A stretch of 20,000 nucleotides of DNA, from IMG/VR virus record IMGVR_UViG_3300025877_000002; one strand, written 5' to 3'. Below the pieces are notes generated by a model. That model did no database searches and was not told where the DNA came from. It worked only from the letters and a program-made list of their open reading frames with translations. Source of the stretch: an uncultured virus (IMG/VR IMGVR_UViG_3300025877_000002) (lineage: Duplodnaviria > Heunggongvirae > Uroviricota > Caudoviricetes). Position 1 is the stretch's first letter, and each line of letters opens with the position of its first letter. This document shows positions 15,317 through 20,000 of the stretch, piece by piece. The position numbers were made by a program, and so were the translations under genes.

Positions 15317-15585
15317 ATATCGATGAATACGGATTTAGCAACTACTATTTTGTCATTGTTCCGAAGGTTGGAGTGAATCCATGATCCTCGGGATTCAGCA
15401 TTCATAAATTCCTCAAACTTCTTCGCTGATACGGGAGCGTAGTGATAAACGAATTTGCGATCCGAGAATACCACGTGCATCGTGTTCCCCGAGTGAGCCA
15501 CCATCTCGAGGTTTGAGGAAGTTAGGATTTGGGTCCAAGTGACCGAACTCTGATTGAATTCCACTTGTTGGATTGGGTTTGGCAT
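15313..15585 (-). CDS. KTSC domain protein
   Basis: SSNLEMVAH...MHVVF...YHYAPV....EEFMNAESRGSWIHSNLR. Confidence 0.85.
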   Translation of the reverse strand: MPNPIQQVEFNQSSVTWTQILTSSNLEMVAHSGNTMHVVFSDRKFVYHYAPVSAKKFEEFMNAESRGSWIHSNLRNNDKIVVAKSVFIDI

Positions 15586-15775
15586 CTTTTAGAGGTTTGC
15601 AATTAGTACGACTGGTTATTTTGTTTGATCCGGGTGAGATGTAGATTGATACAAATTTATGAGGGTAAGCTCCCCTCGTTGTTTTCCGTATCAATCCGCA
15701 TACTCGGCAGATAGATACATCTGTGAACCCAGGTTCATTGGGCTTCTTAGCCCATGTGTGTCTTACTTTTTCCAT
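15413..15775 (-). CDS. Hypothetical protein with HxW...CxxCG zinc-binding N-terminal half
   Basis: RHTW...ICRVCGL; 3' part overlaps the KTSC gene by 173 nt. Confidence 0.55.
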   Translation of the reverse strand: MEKVRHTWAKKPNEPGFTDVSICRVCGLIRKTTRGAYPHKFVSIYISPGSNKITSRTNCKPLKDAKPNPTSGIQSEFGHLDPNPNFLKPRDGGSLGEHDARGILGSQIRLSLRSRISEEV

Positions 15776-15954
15776 CGTTTTATTTCTCGATTAGTTTTCC
15801 GTTTCACAATCTCAGCTCCAGGATCCTCTTTCTTAAGAAGTTTGAAAGCCTCGATGTTGTTGACATGTTTTAGCTTCCCATTAGACATTTTTACCGAAAG
15901 CTGATGTTTGCCTTTGATCGGGCCGCTCCCGATGTTTGTTAGATTAAATCCCAT
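15763..15954 (-). CDS. Basic hypothetical protein, 63 aa
   Basis: ORF in operon. Confidence 0.65.
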   Translation of the reverse strand: MGFNLTNIGSGPIKGKHQLSVKMSNGKLKHVNNIEAFKLLKKEDPGAEIVKRKTNREIKRWKK

Positions 15955-15960
15955 TGTGTG

Positions 15961-16317
15961 TTAATTGATGTGGTCGTGTAAGAACATGACAATATCCAAC
16001 TTGTAATACAGGGAAGGGGGTAAAAACCCATCCTCCTCAAACTCGTCTGCATAGTTGAGCAAAACATCTTTCACAGAGCATAATTCGGCTAACTCTAGTT
16101 TAAAAAGTAATTGCTCATTAAGTTTTATATTCTCATAAGTTTCTGTGATACTAGCAAGTTCTAATTGCAACTCGGACTTATTAACTGCAAACCCTTTATC
16201 CTCCAGCTCCTTATCGAGAGCTGGGTTGGAATATAACCGGATGTAGGAAGCAATTTGATAATCGGCAACTTGTTGTATGATTTCTTTTTCTTGGTCGGAT
16301 AAGGGAACTATCACCAT
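15961..16317 (-). CDS. Acidic hypothetical protein, 118 aa
   Basis: First gene after promoter copy 7. Confidence 0.75.
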   Translation of the reverse strand: MVIVPLSDQEKEIIQQVADYQIASYIRLYSNPALDKELEDKGFAVNKSELQLELASITETYENIKLNEQLLFKLELAELCSVKDVLLNYADEFEEDGFLPPSLYYKLDIVMFLHDHIN

Positions 16318-16329
16318 ATATATTTATTT

Positions 16330-16392
16330 TTTTTATAATATGCAAATATAATACCTAGTTTTAACCAATGCAAAACTTATTTTCAAGGCCCA
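16330..16392 (-). promoter_or_regulatory. Repeated phage promoter module, copy 7
   Basis: TTTG (16371-16374), 20 nt, TATATTTG (16343-16350). Confidence 0.85.
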
Positions 16393-16396
16393 TTTT

Positions 16397-17203
16397 TTAG
16401 CGGGTTTTGATATCGTCTTTCCAACGGTTATAGAATTTGGAAGGTGTGGCATCCTTGTCCATTTTGAGTTTGCGGTGTTCGACTGAAAAGCGGAGTCTTT
16501 CATCCTCTTTCATGTATACCGGGAATTGGAGCATTTCCTTTTTGGAGAAATTAATGGTTTTAGCAGCCTCATTCCAAGGAAGGTCTTTCAGGGTCATGTA
16601 GTGTTTCTTATATAAGTAAACCTGTACATTCTTACCTTTCTCTTTACCCAGTTTGAATCCGAATACTAATTGGGGATCGTATTTATCAGCTTTGGGATTC
16701 TTAGCAATCTTAATTGCCCGGACCATAAATTGAAGGCCTTGGTGTTTCTCTTCCACTTCCACGGGGATTCCGAAGAGTTTGAAGTAATCCGTATTCCTGA
16801 AAACAAATCCTCTTTCTCGTAGGAGATTAATCATCTCATCCTGAGTTTTGGATTTGGCAACTATCTCATGGTAAAGTTCCTTGATAGGTTCCTCATCCAG
16901 TAGGCCCACTGCTTTTTTATAGGCTTTCTTTTCCTTTACGGGATTAATGGGCAAATCTAGCATCAGTTTACCTAAGTATTCCTGTGCTGCAACTGCATCT
17001 CCTTTATCGGCTAGAGTGAACTCTATTTGCAAGGGATCAGGGTGTTTTACAGACGGTCCCTTTAGGAATTCTGCATTCTGCATGATCAACCTATCTGAGA
17101 TTACTGCTCCGTTAGGCTTAAGCAATCTGATCCTCATTTTACGATCAAATTCTATGGTATCTTGGCCTACTACATCGGCAGGCTTTTCTTTTTCTTTTTT
17201 CAT
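16397..17203 (-). CDS. Phage hypothetical protein, 268 aa
   Basis: Long Lys-rich ORF; motifs AKNPKADKYDPQLVFGF and PSKFYNRW resemble uncultured Bacteroidota phage proteins (from memory, unverified). Confidence 0.8.
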   Translation of the reverse strand: MKKEKEKPADVVGQDTIEFDRKMRIRLLKPNGAVISDRLIMQNAEFLKGPSVKHPDPLQIEFTLADKGDAVAAQEYLGKLMLDLPINPVKEKKAYKKAVGLLDEEPIKELYHEIVAKSKTQDEMINLLRERGFVFRNTDYFKLFGIPVEVEEKHQGLQFMVRAIKIAKNPKADKYDPQLVFGFKLGKEKGKNVQVYLYKKHYMTLKDLPWNEAAKTINFSKKEMLQFPVYMKEDERLRFSVEHRKLKMDKDATPSKFYNRWKDDIKTR

Positions 17204-17228
17204 GGCTATTAAGTAAGGGGTTAAAACT

Positions 17229-17271
17229 AAAAAAGCCCCTGGATGAAGGGAGTTATCATCGGGGGCTTTTT
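17229..17271. terminator. Rho-independent terminator, possibly bidirectional
   Basis: AAAAAAGCCCCTGGATGA...TCATCGGGGGCTTTTT. Confidence 0.75.
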
Positions 17272-17319
17272 CTAATCAGCTGAGGTTAGGACTCATGCGG
17301 TTCGGGTACCGTTACCTGA

Positions 17320-17805
17320 TTAATCTTCAGAAGATTTTTTCTTCTTTTTCTTTTTCACTTCCCCAGCAGGTGCAGCGGGTGCAGCTTCTGCCTTAGCAGC
17401 TTTCTCCTTTTTAGGAGCAGCATCACCGGCAGGCTTATTAGCCGCAGCACGTTGTTTAGCACGGAAGCGTTTTCTTTCTTTCGGATCGGTCATATCCGCA
17501 GGATAATCGTAAGTAGTGTTACGACCTGAAGCTCCACCTTTAGAGCCTTTTGCTGATTTCAAGGTTGCCTTAGCATCCTTAACAGCTTGACGAAGGGCAG
17601 CATATTCCTTCTTAACTGCCTTATCGGTAGGATCAGAATCCTCCTTAAGTTTGTGCTTAGCCATGAATTCCTTCAGGCTTGTTTTAGCAGTTTCCAATGC
17701 TACCTTAGCATCTTTCTTACTTGTTCCAGCTTCCGCAGCAGGAGCGGTTGTTGCGGCAGGTGCAGCTGCATCTACGGCTTTTTTCTTTTTTTTCTTGTCA
17801 GACAT
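17320..17805 (-). CDS. Histone H1-like Lys/Ala-rich protein
   Basis: Poly-Lys at both termini, AAPA repeats, YDYPADMTDPKERKRFRAKQR motif. Confidence 0.8.
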   Translation of the reverse strand: MSDKKKKKKAVDAAAPAATTAPAAEAGTSKKDAKVALETAKTSLKEFMAKHKLKEDSDPTDKAVKKEYAALRQAVKDAKATLKSAKGSKGGASGRNTTYDYPADMTDPKERKRFRAKQRAAANKPAGDAAPKKEKAAKAEAAPAAPAGEVKKKKKKKSSED

Positions 17806-17881
17806 TGTCTTGGAATTAAATTGATATATGATATATTGGGATTAAATAGAATTTCCTAATTCTCAGAGTGAGAAATTCCAC

Positions 17882-18265
17882 TTAAGTGATTTTTAACTTA
17901 GCTAGAGGAACTTCTTCCGCTTCCATGATGAAATTAGTGATATTATCTTTCTCGAACTTCTTGATTAACAGTAATCGGGCTTGGGTCATAGCATCATCGG
18001 GATGGATATCAGTAAATACTGCCGAGAACCTTTTAGTCTCTCCCCCAACCTCTATTGCCCCCTTGACCTTAACAATATTGGCAAGGCATCCCACCTGTTT
18101 TATCTTTACCTTCATCCGTTGGATTCGGGATTCCATTGATCTCATCCTTTCGGTATATACTGAACCTTTCCTCATGTTGGTATAGGAAAACTCCAATTGT
18201 TCCCGTTGCTCTTCGGTATTCTTTATATCCCTCAGCCAGCGGGCTATTTTTGATTCAGGTACCAT
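17882..18265 (-). CDS. Hypothetical protein, 127 aa (N-terminal coiled coil)
   Basis: TAATG overlap with upstream gene. Confidence 0.75.
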   Translation of the reverse strand: MVPESKIARWLRDIKNTEEQREQLEFSYTNMRKGSVYTERMRSMESRIQRMKVKIKQVGCLANIVKVKGAIEVGGETKRFSAVFTDIHPDDAMTQARLLLIKKFEKDNITNFIMEAEEVPLAKLKIT

Positions 18266-19011
18266 TAATTTAGGATTGTGTGACTACGGAATTTAAGATC
18301 GGTATTGGGATATAGGATATGTTCGGGTAAATCTGAAAAACTGTCCGGCGTTAATTTGGCTAGGTTCCAGTTTGGATTACCCCGTTGTTTCTTTTGGGTT
18401 AACTTAAATTTATTTTGGATATAGTTATAAGAACGGTGTGCTTCTGCATCAATCGGGGCAACATCTAGTAAATTAATAAGATAGCAGTTTATATTATAGA
18501 TGAGTTGCAACTTCAATCTTCTAGCAAAAACCCGAGAATCTATATAACCTTCGCTATAATACTCCATCCTATTCCTTCTTCGAGCAGCTTTACTGGCTTT
18601 TTGATATATCCTTGTTTCCCTCTCTGCGCATTCTTCAATTGTGAAACAAACCATGGTTATAAACCTTGCAGCTAAATCCACGTTTATGGGCTTACCTACT
18701 AATCTTACTGTTCCGATTGGAACAATACTGGAATTCAAATCTGCTACCCATACAGCCTTTACATGAAGCATATCGCAGATCAGCTTTATGCAAGATCCAT
18801 ACTCAGATATATCCCGATTGTAGTGGGCTTTGGTTAGGTATAGGTCTGTAACCTTGGGTTCTTGTATAAATCTGTGGAAATGGATCAGATGAGGCTTAAG
18901 GTTCTTAAGCTTTTTGGTAAAGTCCTGCCTTACATATTTTAGGTTCGGTTTAGCGGAATACCTGAAAACGTTTTTTAGTAAGGCTACGTGATTAGGAAAC
19001 AGAAGTGACAT
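18265..19011 (-). CDS. Hypothetical protein, 248 aa, weakly like the central domain of 12801..13553
   Basis: VRLVGKPINVDLAARFITMV versus IILFGTQANRQVVEYFASYL. Confidence 0.7.
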   Translation of the reverse strand: MSLLFPNHVALLKNVFRYSAKPNLKYVRQDFTKKLKNLKPHLIHFHRFIQEPKVTDLYLTKAHYNRDISEYGSCIKLICDMLHVKAVWVADLNSSIVPIGTVRLVGKPINVDLAARFITMVCFTIEECAERETRIYQKASKAARRRNRMEYYSEGYIDSRVFARRLKLQLIYNINCYLINLLDVAPIDAEAHRSYNYIQNKFKLTQKKQRGNPNWNLAKLTPDSFSDLPEHILYPNTDLKFRSHTILN

Positions 19012-19306
19012 TGGGCCAGTGGGTTTTAGGTATGATTATTTTTACGGTTTTCTTTTCCTCATTCACAAAGTATTCGCATATTTCCCTTACTTCTGTAAGC
19101 ATTACACTTGCTCTACTAAGGAGTAACTCATTCATCTCAATCAGCTTTTCCCGATTGGGGATGTCATTTGCTACTTCCACTTCTGAGATTACCTCGATGA
19201 AGTTGGAAAGGATTACTAACAAAGCCCCGGCATCCTCTGCGGATACCGGCATGGCTATTGTTTCGGGGTCGTTTGTATGATCTTCGTATTGGATTGATTG
19301 AGCCAT
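18992..19306 (-). CDS. Hypothetical protein, 104 aa
   Basis: ORF in operon. Confidence 0.7.
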   Translation of the reverse strand: MAQSIQYEDHTNDPETIAMPVSAEDAGALLVILSNFIEVISEVEVANDIPNREKLIEMNELLLSRASVMLTEVREICEYFVNEEKKTVKIIIPKTHWPNVTSVS

Positions 19307-19626
19307 GTCTTTAGTTCGCCTTTACTGATGAAAATGGGTACAGGTAAGTGGCCTGCTACGTTCTTACTTGGGAATATTACGATAGCGGAAGTATCGTCTT
19401 GCCTTATCCTTTTAATTAATTGGATCGGTACTTCATCCATTGAATCATAGGTCTTTAATGCTATGTCTGTAGCAACCTTGAAGATAGTGATATCTACATA
19501 ACCCGGATCATCTGGAGTTTTCATCACAGATTTAACTGGGATCTTTTTTATCTTCCTATCCGTGGGGTCGATTGTCCATAGGACACTACCATTAACAAGG
19601 TCTTTGAAGGTTAATGGCTTACTCAT
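19255..19626 (-). CDS. Hypothetical protein, 123 aa
   Basis: ATGA overlap with upstream small gene. Confidence 0.7.
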   Translation of the reverse strand: MSKPLTFKDLVNGSVLWTIDPTDRKIKKIPVKSVMKTPDDPGYVDITIFKVATDIALKTYDSMDEVPIQLIKRIRQDDTSAIVIFPSKNVAGHLPVPIFISKGELKTWLNQSNTKIIQTTPKQ

Positions 19627-19787
19627 AGTTTCTCGGTTGAGGTATTTGATTTACCGAATTTGGCTTGAAGCATTTCCCTTCTTTCTCGGGCATACTGTTC
19701 AATTGACTCGATTGCATCGATTTCATTAATGAGGGCTATCTTGGCTTTTATTGAAGCTATAACCATGTGGAGTTCTGGGCTGATCAT
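19623..19787 (-). CDS. Hypothetical protein, 54 aa (not in ORF track)
   Basis: MISPELHMVIASIKAKIALINEIDAIESIEQYARERREMLQAKFGKSNTSTEKL; ATGA overlap. Confidence 0.6.
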   Translation of the reverse strand: MISPELHMVIASIKAKIALINEIDAIESIEQYARERREMLQAKFGKSNTSTEKL

Positions 19788-19803
19788 GATTTGGGTTTAA
19801 ACT

Positions 19804-19833
19804 AAAAAAGAGTCCCGAAATTGGGACTCTTTT
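19804..19833. terminator. Rho-independent terminator
   Basis: AAAAAAGAGTCCC-gaaatt-GGGACTCTTTT, perfect stem. Confidence 0.85.
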
Positions 19834-19857
19834 CATTCGAGCAAGGAAGCGTACTAA

Positions 19858-20000
19858 TTATTTCTTACCTTTCTTTTTGGCAGCTGGAGCAGCTTTGCCT
19901 TTTTTCTTAGCCGGGGCTTCATCTTCGTCCTCGTCCTCATCTTCGTCCTCATCTTCGTCCTCATCTTCGTCCTCATCTTCGTCCTCATCTTCGTCCTCGT
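19858..20000 (-). CDS. C-terminus of a protein with poly-(DE) tract and Lys-rich tail (5' end outside window)
   Basis: ...EDEDEDEDEDEDEDEDEDEDEDEAPAKKKGKAAPAAKKKGKK then TAA, followed by terminator. Confidence 0.8.
   Translation of the reverse strand, partial: EDEDEDEDEDEDEDEDEDEDEDEDEDEAPAKKKGKAAPAAKKKGKK
19919..20000. repeat. 12-bp tandem repeat (TCATCTTCGTCC)n encoding DEDE
   Basis: Directly visible; continues to window edge. Confidence 0.9.

Larger units (their letters stand above)
1..20000 (-). mobile_element. Bacteriophage genome segment (early/accessory gene region), probable Bacteroidota host
   Basis: Dense single-strand array of small hypothetical ORFs with ATGA overlaps, phage-typical domains (DenV-like, KTSC, AP2, DUF2786, DUF551), repeated TTTG-N20/21-TAnnTTTG promoters, no housekeeping genes. 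Confidence 0.9.

Noticed and set aside
6270..16392. Repeated modules read as a CRISPR array or integron attC sites
   Set aside because: Spacing is 1-2.3 kb, copies are degenerate and non-palindromic, no cas or intI gene is present, and the promoter consensus explains the core
17849..17879. Short inverted repeat TTCTCA-gag-TGAGAA as a terminator
   Set aside because: Stem is short and AT-rich with no U tract
4075..19280. All plus-strand ORFs in the track (e.g. 4075..4314, 4687..4989, 13204..13545, 17886..18185)
   Set aside because: They lie antisense to well-coupled minus-strand genes, lack promoters and recognisable motifs, and look like shadow ORFs
1..20000. Stop-codon reassignment as in some Bacteroidota phages
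   Set aside because: Genes tile the window in the standard code, TGA is used in many ATGA overlaps, and TAG ends 2067..2879 right before a terminator
19919..20000. Tandem repeat as a non-coding satellite or CRISPR
   Set aside because: It is in frame and encodes DEDE in an ORF ending at 19858
1..20000. tRNA or rRNA genes
   Set aside because: No cloverleaf with D-arm/T-arm signatures or rRNA-like sequence seen in the short intergenic gaps

Overview
This window is part of a bacteriophage genome, most likely a large tailed phage of a Bacteroidota host. It holds about 55 short, tightly packed genes, all on the minus strand and often joined by ATGA or TAATG overlaps. No structural, replication, tRNA or rRNA genes are recognisable, which fits an early/host-takeover region. 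Host evidence is a family of promoter modules matching the Bacteroidota primary-sigma consensus (TTTG-N20/21-TAnnTTTG), plus A-rich leaders without Shine-Dalgarno sequences. Domains recognised by eye: DenV-like glycosylase, KTSC, DUF2786, AP2, DUF551-like, winged helix, DUF5763-like, DUF3157-like and two DUF1737-like. The most striking item is missing from the ORF track: a 55-aa gene (2876..3043, minus), coupled to both neighbours, that encodes only the dNTP-binding fingers (O-helix/motif B) of a family A DNA polymerase. Other points of interest are a 7-copy extended promoter cassette, a candidate RNA pseudoknot, a 20-bp inverted repeat around a promoter plus gene, a sharp AT/GC junction with a G-quadruplex motif, YTAG-dense tracts behind hairpins, and Lys/Ala-rich proteins sharing a YxYPxD...RKxFR motif. 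All family calls come from remembered motifs, not database searches.
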